A stretch of DNA of 64,000 bases from Pseudomonadota bacterium. Lineage in GTDB: Bacteria; Pseudomonadota; Alphaproteobacteria; Caulobacterales; Hyphomonadaceae. Shown here in pieces: positions 30,084 to 38,467 of the stretch (positions are counted from its first letter, which is position 1; the number at the start of each line of letters is the position of its first letter). The notes beneath the pieces were generated by a model. That model worked only from the letters and a program-made list of their open reading frames with translations, did no database searches and was not told the DNA's origin. Position numbers and translations under genes: made by a program. The stretch is from NCBI GenBank assembly GCA_038531165.1, contig JBCBBZ010000011.1:1028-65027 (forward strand), given 5' to 3'.

Positions 30084-30195
30084 TTTTCAAAAAGCAAGCG
30101 GAAATCTGAGACCGTTGAGCGATGATCAGGCCAGCATGACCTGCCCGCAGTCTCACCGTTCGGTCTTTACCTTTAGGAGTCCGTTACCAGTGACC

Positions 30196-31884
30196 TCAGT
30201 TGGCCCAAGTCACATATTCATCACTGACATCAAAGGGGTCTGTATTGGTTTTATCGATCCGAACCGGCCACTCCATCGCGTGAGGAAAGAGTGGCGATCT
30301 CGCGTTTCGCCAGTGCTGATCAATAAGGCTTCTCAGCTCCGCAAGTTTCTCCGGTTGCGTTGCCGACAGCTCAACTTGCTCGGTTGGATCTTGGGCCAGA
30401 TTGAACAGCCATTGCTTGTTTTGTCGCTCATCAATTTGTAGTTTCCAATCTCCGGCACGAACTGCTTTGTAAAAACCGCTCGACCAATAGATGGCATCAT
30501 CTGGGCGTTGCACAGCGGCTGCTTCGCCCACCGCGAGCGGCAATATGTTTTGACCATCAATGACAACGTCACTCGGTAAATCTACGCCTGCAACAGCGGC
30601 TAGAGTTGGCATTAGGTCAATATGACTGACCGGCTCTGATATCACCGCTCCCGATGGGATACGGTCTGGCCATTTGACAAAAAATGGAACCCGAATTCCG
30701 CCTTCAAAAAAAGAGCTCTTCCAACCCCGATAGGGTTGGTTCAAATCGGATAGTCCAATATAGCCTGCGCCGCCATTGTCCGACGAGAATATGACAATTG
30801 TGTTTTCGGCGATGCCCTCTTGCTCGAGCTTGTCGAGCACCCGACCAACCGACCGGTCGACTGCACGCACCATGCCAGCATAGACCCGCAAACGGTGTGG
30901 CTCGATCTCGCCAACAGCGTCATAATCCTCTCGGGTCGTTTGCAATGGCGTATGCGGGCCCCAGTGCGCTAGGTATATGAAAAAAGGTCTGTTTTTGTTC
31001 TTCTCTATGACGTTGAGCGCTTCGTCGGTGAAGTAATCCGTAAGGTATCCTTTCGGCTCAAACCACTCCTCCGTCAGCGCTCCGCCTACTTGATCAAAGT
31101 CGACGGCGTGCTGCATACGCGCCCAAAGAAATTTGTCCAGTGGGTCGAAATCGAGCTTGGCATTAACAGCTTCGGGGTCATCTTCTTTGATGAACAAACC
31201 GCTCGTCATCATCAAGCTTTCGTCAAAACCTTGCGACACAGCTCGCGAGGGCTCCGATCGCCCCAAATGCCATTTTCCGATATGCACTGTGTGATAGTCG
31301 GCCGGCTGCAATACTTCAGCAACCGTGACCTCTTCGCCAGGCAAACCTTTCTCCAAAAAGGGTATATCCGCCTCTGCATGCGCTGGGTTGTGACGCAAAG
31401 CAGGCAAGCCAAATTCCACCTGGTCATTATTCGTCACACGAGCAATCACGCGCGCCATTGAAGCGGGGGCAGGTGTAAATTCTTGTCCTGTTCGCGTCGG
31501 ATACCGCCCTGTCATAAGCATCGCGCGGGAAGGGGCACAGGTTGCTGCACCGGCATAGGCATTGATAAAAGTCGCGCCGCTAGCGGCGAGACGATCAATA
31601 TTTGGCGTTGGAACTTTGCCGCCCGCCACACCGCCGCCGAAGGTCGAAATATCATTAATTCCCAAATCATCTGCGAGAATAAAAACGATGTTCGGTGGGC
31701 GGTCTGAACCGCTTCCAACCGGCGCAATCGGCCCCGCCTGCCACTCTATCGGGGTATTCGGCGCAACATCCGTTTTGCCAGTATTTGAGATCACGAATAT
31801 AAAGAGTGCCGTCCGATTGAACCAGACGGTCAAGGCTAGGATCAGCATGAACACGCTCATGCCGATGAGGGCTTTTTTCCACAT
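30196..31884 (-). CDS. Arylsulfatase-family sulfatase (Cys-type formylglycine)
   Basis: CAPSRAMLMTGRYPTR (C-x-P-x-R) signature; NIVFILADDLG. N-terminal hydrophobic anchor or signal. Confidence 0.85.
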   Translation of the reverse strand: MWKKALIGMSVFMLILALTVWFNRTALFIFVISNTGKTDVAPNTPIEWQAGPIAPVGSGSDRPPNIVFILADDLGINDISTFGGGVAGGKVPTPNIDRLAASGATFINAYAGAATCAPSRAMLMTGRYPTRTGQEFTPAPASMARVIARVTNNDQVEFGLPALRHNPAHAEADIPFLEKGLPGEEVTVAEVLQPADYHTVHIGKWHLGRSEPSRAVSQGFDESLMMTSGLFIKEDDPEAVNAKLDFDPLDKFLWARMQHAVDFDQVGGALTEEWFEPKGYLTDYFTDEALNVIEKNKNRPFFIYLAHWGPHTPLQTTREDYDAVGEIEPHRLRVYAGMVRAVDRSVGRVLDKLEQEGIAENTIVIFSSDNGGAGYIGLSDLNQPYRGWKSSFFEGGIRVPFFVKWPDRIPSGAVISEPVSHIDLMPTLAAVAGVDLPSDVVIDGQNILPLAVGEAAAVQRPDDAIYWSSGFYKAVRAGDWKLQIDERQNKQWLFNLAQDPTEQVELSATQPEKLAELRSLIDQHWRNARSPLFPHAMEWPVRIDKTNTDPFDVSDEYVTWAN

Positions 31885-31974
31885 TTTTAATTCAATCTAT
31901 TCGTTGACGAACAACGGGAGGAAACGCGTGTTTAAGTCTTTTTTGTATGTTTTAGGATAATAATGAGAGTCAAT

Positions 31975-31991
31975 TTAATGTCTAGCATTAT
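31975..31991. promoter_or_regulatory. Motif-A palindrome TTAATGTCTAGCATTAT
   Basis: About 90 bp upstream of the sulfatase start at 31884. Confidence 0.55.
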
Positions 31992-32013
31992 TTTGCCGCG
32001 TACCAACAGCGCG

Positions 32014-33483
32014 TCACGCATTTAATTTTTCCAGGTTCTGCTCGTGCGCGTCTTTGTCGATCCGGTAAGTCGAAATGACGGCGATCATGGTCAACCACAA
32101 GCTCAAAACAAGCGGCACGTAATAGGCGCCCATTTTCCAGATAGCAGCGTCGCTCACCTCTTCAACGCCAGCCCCTGTGGGAAAGTCCGCAAGCGCCAGA
32201 ACGATGGTTGCGGCCAGCACGCCAAAGCCTTGAACTGATTTTTTCACAAAGGTTTCTGCCGCAGTGAAAACCCCTTCTGACCTTCGCCCCGTTTTTAGCT
32301 CGCTCTCCTCGACGAGATCAGCGATCATAGACGCAAACAGGATTTGAAAACAGATGATCAAGCCGACATCTATCACGTTCGTGATCGTCACAAACCAAAA
32401 AACAAACGGCGTCCCATTGGGCGGTAGCAAATCTAGCAAACGCAATACAATCGGCAATGGCGCGCCGCCAAACGCAATCAGACCGACGATCATGGCGCCG
32501 CGCTTTTTCCCGATCTTGCGAGACACTAATGGTGCGAGAACAAGCCCGATCGCGGCCGCAACGAACGTTCCGAGGAACACCATACCCGTCTGAATATCGG
32601 TAAAGCCCCAAAAATAGGTGAAAAAGTAAAGCGAAAGGCCGGCTGCAACGCCGCTCGCCACAGCGCCGAGCAAAGCCGCGATAAAGAGTGCGATGAAGGA
32701 CCGGTTTGCGAGGGTTTCAAACACTTCACGAAATATGGTTGCGATCGTCATCGACCTTGGCGGCGGGGGCTTTTTAAGGTGCGGTATCCGAGAATGCGTC
32801 CCCACAGAAGACACCATGATTGACACAAAGATCATCGCCGAGCCGATCAAACCATAGAGCACATATGCGTCTTTGTTGAACCGACCGTCGCTAATCGTGT
32901 CGGTTACAAAAGTTGGAAACATAATGAAGAACATCAACACCGTGAGGGCATTGGCACCTGTCCAAGCGCAAAAGAATCTCAAGCTAAAAATGGAGGTGCG
33001 CTCATCATAGTCCTGCGTCAAATCCGGCACTAATGCGCTGCTCGGTGTACGGTAGAATGTGATCGCCGTCCGAACAATCACGGCCAGGCTCAAAACATAC
33101 CAAAACAACACGGTTTGACTGGCATTCTCTGGTGGTGCCCATAAGAAGAAGAAGCTCAGCGTAACGGGTATCGCCGACGCATACATGAAGGGGTGTCGCC
33201 GCCCCCAACGCGATCGAAGATTATCTGACCAGTAGCCAACGACTGGGTCGCTTACAGCGTCAAAAATCAGCGCGATGAGAATGGCCAAGCCGACCAAGCG
33301 CGCATCAAGACCAATCACTTGACTGTAAAAGATCAATAAAAAGAAATCAAAAGCCCCGGTCGTGACGCCGCCAGCGACGGCGCCTAGACCGAATGTAAGC
33401 TTTGTCCCCCGCCCCAAAGGGGGTGGCGTCATTCGGAGCGTGCGAGCGGGGTCCGATCCGAAACTGCGCTCTTCAGCATTCAT
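32014..33483 (-). CDS. MFS transporter, glycoside-pentoside-hexuronide (GPH) cation symporter-like
   Basis: Multi-TM. DPVVGYWSDNLRSRWGRRHPF matches the GPH loop motif. Start taken at MNAEERSF (ATG 33483). Confidence 0.7.
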   Translation of the reverse strand: MNAEERSFGSDPARTLRMTPPPLGRGTKLTFGLGAVAGGVTTGAFDFFLLIFYSQVIGLDARLVGLAILIALIFDAVSDPVVGYWSDNLRSRWGRRHPFMYASAIPVTLSFFFLWAPPENASQTVLFWYVLSLAVIVRTAITFYRTPSSALVPDLTQDYDERTSIFSLRFFCAWTGANALTVLMFFIMFPTFVTDTISDGRFNKDAYVLYGLIGSAMIFVSIMVSSVGTHSRIPHLKKPPPPRSMTIATIFREVFETLANRSFIALFIAALLGAVASGVAAGLSLYFFTYFWGFTDIQTGMVFLGTFVAAAIGLVLAPLVSRKIGKKRGAMIVGLIAFGGAPLPIVLRLLDLLPPNGTPFVFWFVTITNVIDVGLIICFQILFASMIADLVEESELKTGRRSEGVFTAAETFVKKSVQGFGVLAATIVLALADFPTGAGVEEVSDAAIWKMGAYYVPLVLSLWLTMIAVISTYRIDKDAHEQNLEKLNA

Positions 33484-33699
33484 TTGAGTTATGTCGTTAT
33501 GTGTTTGCACAAGATGAAATCCGATTGGTAACGGGTTGGGTTTCGCGGAAGGGGTTTTACCGGCGCACCCGATCGACTCTCGATGTTGCGCATTTGGTTT
33601 CGGTATGATGCCGTTCGCGTCCCTAATTGACGCCGGCATGCGCTGGAGTTGCGGACACCGCTTGTTTTTTTTATCGTTTTGTTAGACACTCCAGGGTAA

Positions 33700-33716
33700 T
33701 TAATTATACTGATTAA
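33700..33716. promoter_or_regulatory. Motif-A variant TTAATTATACTGATTAA
   Basis: Overlaps the next site. In the divergent MFS/TetR gap. Confidence 0.4.
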
Positions 33717-33729
33717 TATACTGCATTAG
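33713..33729. promoter_or_regulatory. Motif-A variant TTAATATACTGCATTAG
   Basis: 11 bp upstream of the TetR ATG. This placement is consistent with autoregulation. Confidence 0.5.
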
Positions 33730-33739
33730 GAAGATAACG

Positions 33740-34363
33740 ATGCGAAAGTCAACTCGCCAAGATACCAGGTCCGCCTTGATGCAGTCGGCGGAGCGCCTTT
33801 TTTCTGAGAAAGGCATTGGCACTGTATCGGTAAAAGAAATCACGTCGGCGGCGGGCGCGCGCAATCTGAGCGCCGTGCACTACCATTTTGGATCGATCGA
33901 AGCTCTGATAAAAGAGCTTTTCATCGAACGATATCAGCGCATTGAGCATGATCGTTTGGTACGCCTTGCGAAAGTAGATGCGTCTTCGTCGGATAATCGT
34001 TTATTCGACCTACTCTATGCCGCAATAGCCCCCTTCCTGGAGACATGCTTGGACGAGAAAGGACGACAATATGTTCATTTCGTTATTCAGCTCACGCATG
34101 ATCCACGATTTGATGTCGCTGAGATTGTTGCAGAGGCAGAGAGTGTGAGTGTCCTGACCCTCCGAGGCCTTCTTGTGGATTGTTTGAAACATTTGCCGGC
34201 AGAAATACTTGCGGCGCGGTTAAGACAAGGCTTTAAAATCAACATGCTTCAGGCGGCCGACTATGCCCGGCTTGTAGAGGATGGATCAGCTCCCCCTATT
34301 GAAGATGCTATTCGCGAAGCTGCACATACTCTGGCCGGATACTTGAACGCTCCAGCAAGCTAG
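33740..34363 (+). CDS. TetR-family transcriptional regulator
   Basis: N-terminal HTH ALMQSAERLFSEKGIGTVSVKEITSAAGARNLSAVHYHFGSIEAL. Divergent from the MFS gene. Confidence 0.85.
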   Translation: MRKSTRQDTRSALMQSAERLFSEKGIGTVSVKEITSAAGARNLSAVHYHFGSIEALIKELFIERYQRIEHDRLVRLAKVDASSSDNRLFDLLYAAIAPFLETCLDEKGRQYVHFVIQLTHDPRFDVAEIVAEAESVSVLTLRGLLVDCLKHLPAEILAARLRQGFKINMLQAADYARLVEDGSAPPIEDAIREAAHTLAGYLNAPAS

Positions 34364-34417
34364 CTTCCATACTCGAGAGGGCTTGCTGGATCTCAGGAAA
34401 GCTGATACTCAGCAGAA

Positions 34418-34434
34418 TTAATGCAGTGCATTAT
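34418..34434. promoter_or_regulatory. Motif-A palindrome TTAATGCAGTGCATTAT
   Basis: TAATGCA-G-TGCATTA is a perfect 7-1-7. About 105 bp upstream of the BVMO ATG. Confidence 0.6.
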
Positions 34435-34538
34435 TCTTGCGGGTGGTACGAACGTACTGGAAGCAACGATCCATCGGGGTCGTCGACCAGATCAGAAACT
34501 CCTCCCGCACGCGTTATGTTGTTCAGGAGATTCCGCCC

Positions 34539-36437
34539 ATGTCGTCGTCGCAATTGCTCGATAAAGCCGCTATCAAAGACAAATATGCCAAGGAGCGGGC
34601 CAAGAGACTGCGGCCGGAAGGCAATGCGCAATATCAGCGTCTCGAGGGGAAGTTTGAGTCTTATGCAGGCGACCCTCATACGCCGCTCCGCGAGAGAGAT
34701 CCGGTTAGAGATCATGTAACGTTTGCCTTCATCGGTGCGGGGCTTTCCGGACTGGTGGTTGGCGCCCGACTGAAAGAAGCCGGTATCAAAGATGTCCGGC
34801 TTATAGAGAAAGGCGGCGATGTTGGCGGCACGTGGTATTGGAACAGATATCCAGGCGTACGATGCGATACGGCGGCGATGATCTACCTGCCTTTGCTCGA
34901 AGAGACGGGCTATATACCCAGCGAAAAATATGTCCGCGGGCCCGAAATTCTCGAGCATTGCGAGCGGATCGCCAAGCATTACGATCTACGCGAAAAAGCC
35001 CTCTTTCATACTGAAGTCCATTCGCTCGAATGGCAAGAAGATCAACAAGTTTGGCGAATTAAGACATCGCGTGGAGACGATTTCACCGCAAAATATCTCG
35101 GCATGGGTACGGGTCCATTACATGTTGCGAAGCTTCCGGGCATTCCCGGAATCGAAAGTTTTACGGGTAAATCCTTCCACACAAGCCGCTGGGATTACGA
35201 ATATACGGGCGGCGATGCCTATGGTGCGCCCATGGACAAGCTGACCGACAAGCGTGTGGCTGTAATCGGCACTGGCGCGACTGGCGTCCAGTGCATCCCG
35301 CAGCTCGCCAAAACCGCCAAGGAACTCTTTGTCTTTCAGCGCACGCCCTCTTCGGTCGACGAGCGCCGAAATCACGCCATTGATGACAAATGGATCAAGG
35401 CGAATGCCAAACCCGGCTGGCAAAAACGTTGGATGGATAATTTTGTTGAGAACATGGGCGGCGGGATCCCATCCGAAGACCTGGTCGATGATGGTTGGAC
35501 GGAAATCTCACGCAGCATTCGCGAGAAGATGTTGAATGGCACACCGCCCTGGCTTGCCCGCCTTGTCTTGCGCACACGCAAGGTCTTCGGTGCATCGCCG
35601 TCGCAGAGAAGTACAGACCGCGTGCGCGCCGCGTTCGAAGAAGCAGACCTCGAGAAAATGGAGCAGATCCGCGCCCGCGTCGATGCGGAGGTGAAGGATG
35701 ATGAGACGGCGCAAAACCTGAAAGCTTGGTACTCGCAGCTCTGCAAGCGGCCCTGTTTTAGCGATGAATATCTGCCGGCGTTTAATTCCCCAAACACAAC
35801 GCTCGTGGATACTGATGGCAATGGTGTCGAGCGGATCGACGAGACGGGCCTCGTCGCCAACGGTACGCATTATGAGGTGGACTGCATCGTCTATGCGTCA
35901 GGCTTCGAGTATGGCGCAAATTTTCAGCTCAAATCCGGGTTTGACCTCACGGGACGAAATGGCCAGCGCCTTTCAGAGCATTGGGCAAACGGGCTGAGAA
36001 CGCTACACGGGCTTCATATGCACGGCTTCCCGAATGCGTTCATGATCCAAATGAACCAAGGGGCGAATATGGCTTCGAATATTCCGCATAACATTGTCGA
36101 TCATGCGGCCACTGTTGCTCAAGTTGTCTCTCACGCTGAAGCGAATGGATTTGCATCTGTTGAACCCACGGCAGAGGCTGAGGCGGCATGGGTCGAGCTT
36201 ATCCTGACCAACCAAGGCTCCCTGATCGGATCGACCGAATGCACGCCGGGATTTTGGAACAATGAGGGACAGGGCTGGAGCCAAGAGTTTCGACAAGCCC
36301 AAGGTCACCCCGGCGGCGCGCAAGGTTACTTCAAACACATTCAAGCTTGGCGCGAGGCCGGTGATTTTGAAGGCTTAGTCTTTAGTGTAGCGCCAACGAA
36401 CGACGCTGTGCCGGCACATGCCGAACTGGCCAGCTAA
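34539..36437 (+). CDS. Type I Baeyer-Villiger (flavin-containing) monooxygenase
   Basis: FIGAGLSG FAD site; GGTWYWNRYPGVRCD; BVMO fingerprint FTGKSFHTSRWD; second Rossmann VAVIGTGATG. Start at ATG 34539 with an AGGAG RBS. Confidence 0.85.
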   Translation: MSSSQLLDKAAIKDKYAKERAKRLRPEGNAQYQRLEGKFESYAGDPHTPLRERDPVRDHVTFAFIGAGLSGLVVGARLKEAGIKDVRLIEKGGDVGGTWYWNRYPGVRCDTAAMIYLPLLEETGYIPSEKYVRGPEILEHCERIAKHYDLREKALFHTEVHSLEWQEDQQVWRIKTSRGDDFTAKYLGMGTGPLHVAKLPGIPGIESFTGKSFHTSRWDYEYTGGDAYGAPMDKLTDKRVAVIGTGATGVQCIPQLAKTAKELFVFQRTPSSVDERRNHAIDDKWIKANAKPGWQKRWMDNFVENMGGGIPSEDLVDDGWTEISRSIREKMLNGTPPWLARLVLRTRKVFGASPSQRSTDRVRAAFEEADLEKMEQIRARVDAEVKDDETAQNLKAWYSQLCKRPCFSDEYLPAFNSPNTTLVDTDGNGVERIDETGLVANGTHYEVDCIVYASGFEYGANFQLKSGFDLTGRNGQRLSEHWANGLRTLHGLHMHGFPNAFMIQMNQGANMASNIPHNIVDHAATVAQVVSHAEANGFASVEPTAEAEAAWVELILTNQGSLIGSTECTPGFWNNEGQGWSQEFRQAQGHPGGAQGYFKHIQAWREAGDFEGLVFSVAPTNDAVPAHAELAS

Positions 36438-36455
36438 GGTTTAAAGGTAGCTCCT

Positions 36456-37103
36456 ATGTCTAATGTAATCGACGTCTTCTGGTCCTTCCGAAGCCCCTAT
36501 TCTCGGCTCATCACAGCCGATCTTTTGGATCTCCAAAACGACTACAATGTCGATATACAGGTCAGACCGGTGCTGCCTTTGGCCATTCGATTTCCGGAAT
36601 CACTCTTCAATGTCGATGACCGACGTGCGCCGAGATACATCGCGATGGACAGCCAGAGACGCGGTGAAATGCTTGGCAGACCGATTATCTGGCCCAATCC
36701 TGACCCGGTCGTTCAAGACTTCAAGACGATGACGGTTTCATCTGAACAGCCCTATATCTATCGATTGACCAAATTAGGCGTGGAAGCATCGCGGCGCGGT
36801 AAGGGACTGGAATTCATTCACCACGTCTCAGACCTGATCTTTGGCGGGACGCCTGAATGGGACCGAGGCGAAAAGTTAAAAGACGCCGCGGCAAAAGCCG
36901 GCATAGACCTCGCGGAGCTCGATCAAGCGATTGAATCTGGCGATCATATGAGTGAGATTGAAAGCAATCACGAGGCCCTCGACGCCTCGGGGCATTGGGG
37001 CGTTCCAACTTTGGTCTTTCGAGATGAACCCTTCTTTGGTCAAGACCGGGTTGATACCCTGCGTTGGCGTTTGGACCAGAGCGGATTGTCCAAACAAACA
37101 TGA
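36456..37103 (+). CDS. DsbA-family 2-hydroxychromene-2-carboxylate isomerase-like protein
   Basis: VIDVFWSFRSPYSRL N-terminus (SPYS in place of CxxC) and C-terminal GHWGVPTLVF, as in the HCCA isomerase family. Confidence 0.7.
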   Translation: MSNVIDVFWSFRSPYSRLITADLLDLQNDYNVDIQVRPVLPLAIRFPESLFNVDDRRAPRYIAMDSQRRGEMLGRPIIWPNPDPVVQDFKTMTVSSEQPYIYRLTKLGVEASRRGKGLEFIHHVSDLIFGGTPEWDRGEKLKDAAAKAGIDLAELDQAIESGDHMSEIESNHEALDASGHWGVPTLVFRDEPFFGQDRVDTLRWRLDQSGLSKQT

Positions 37104-37112
37104 GAGGCTGAC

Positions 37113-37526
37113 GTGCTGCATACTGATTCAAAACAGGCAGACAGACTGCCTTTATGGCTGACCATTATCATTATTCTGGAAACGCTGCCCATGTTTATCG
37201 GGCCGGTGATTGCACTCACCCGACCAGCGATGATGGGGGGTCCGGAGGCTGACTCGATCAATCAAGCAGCTTTCATTTACGCCGCTCGGAATGTTGCCGT
37301 CGGGATCGCTTTAATCATCGCCTTTGTGCTCAAAAACAAGCACATGTTGTTCGCCTTGATCCTGGTTAGGCTTTTAACCGATATCGTGGATCTGCCCACG
37401 CTTTTGTACTTTGGCCTGGCTTCTAATCAGATCCTGGTGATCTCAATCTTTGTCTTCTTGTATTACATTCCGGCAGTCATCGCGCTGAGATTTCTTTGGG
37501 AATCTTCGCGAAGAGCCGCGCCGTAA
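37113..37526 (+). CDS. Small integral membrane protein (DUF4345-like?)
   Basis: Four predicted helices. GTG start 10 bp after the upstream stop. Confidence 0.4.
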   Translation: MLHTDSKQADRLPLWLTIIIILETLPMFIGPVIALTRPAMMGGPEADSINQAAFIYAARNVAVGIALIIAFVLKNKHMLFALILVRLLTDIVDLPTLLYFGLASNQILVISIFVFLYYIPAVIALRFLWESSRRAAP

Positions 37527-37586
37527 CCGACAACACCTGAAATAATCAAACACCATAAAAACGATAATAATCGACCGGGAGAAAAA

Positions 37587-38378
37587 ATGTCAGACCCCCT
37601 AGTGCTTGAGCGCCGCGGCCCCGTCGCTATCATCTCGATCAATGACGCGCCCTACAATCGCATGACCCTAGAATTTATGGACCAATTGGAAAGCACGGTT
37701 GATGAACTGGGCAATGATACCTCAGTGCGCGCCATTGTCTTCACATCAGAGGGCGACCAGAATTTCTCTGTCGGAATGAACCTCAAACAAATGCGCGATG
37801 GCATCGCCGCTAAAGGCAGCATTGATGGCGTATTCGACCAACGCTGGCGCGTCTTGGATAAGATCGAACGCATGGGGAAACCTTCAATCGTCACCCTATT
37901 CGGGTATTGCCTCGGGGGCGGGTTAGAGCTTCCCTTGGCCTGCCACTTTCGCTTCGCCGCCGAAGAAGGCGCCCAAATCGGGCTCCCGGAAATGGATCTC
38001 GGCACAGTGCCCGCATGGGGCGGTTTAGCGCGCCTACCGAGATGCGTCGGACGAGATCATGCACTTGATATGATTTTGCGCGGCAAAAAGATCTCCGGTC
38101 CCGAAGCGCTTCATATTGGCCTGGTCAGTGAGGTCTGGCCCCTCTCCGAACTGAAAGGACGAGCGATCGCCCTTGCCGAAGAATTGGCATCCATGCCGCG
38201 TTTGGCCGTCAAATCGGTCCTCGATACGGTGATTGGATTTGAAGCAAAAAGTCTTTTCGAATCTTTGGCGGATGAACGCAGAGCCGTGCACTCCAATGCC
38301 CGAACTGCCGATGCGAAAGAAGGCATGATGGCGTTTATAGAAAAGCGGGACCCGGTCTTCAATCAAAGCGATGATTAG
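37587..38378 (+). CDS. Enoyl-CoA hydratase/isomerase (crotonase family)
   Basis: VAIISINDAPYNRM...LFGYCLGGGLELPLACHFRFA...EGMMAFIEKRDPVF. Confidence 0.8.
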   Translation: MSDPLVLERRGPVAIISINDAPYNRMTLEFMDQLESTVDELGNDTSVRAIVFTSEGDQNFSVGMNLKQMRDGIAAKGSIDGVFDQRWRVLDKIERMGKPSIVTLFGYCLGGGLELPLACHFRFAAEEGAQIGLPEMDLGTVPAWGGLARLPRCVGRDHALDMILRGKKISGPEALHIGLVSEVWPLSELKGRAIALAEELASMPRLAVKSVLDTVIGFEAKSLFESLADERRAVHSNARTADAKEGMMAFIEKRDPVFNQSDD

Positions 38379-38467
38379 CAGGCGCGCTTAAGTCCGACTG
38401 AAAGATGAGAGCCGTTATCGCGACCCATGAGCCTTCATACAACCCCCTATATTACTCGAGCAATTCG

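Noticed and set aside
34431-34979. 182-aa minus-strand ORF overlapping the BVMO 5' region, and the track's N-terminal extension of the BVMO (start 34437)
   Set aside because: The BVMO has a clear AGGAG RBS and an ATG at 34539. The extension would cover the motif-A operator, and the antisense ORF has no recognisable features.
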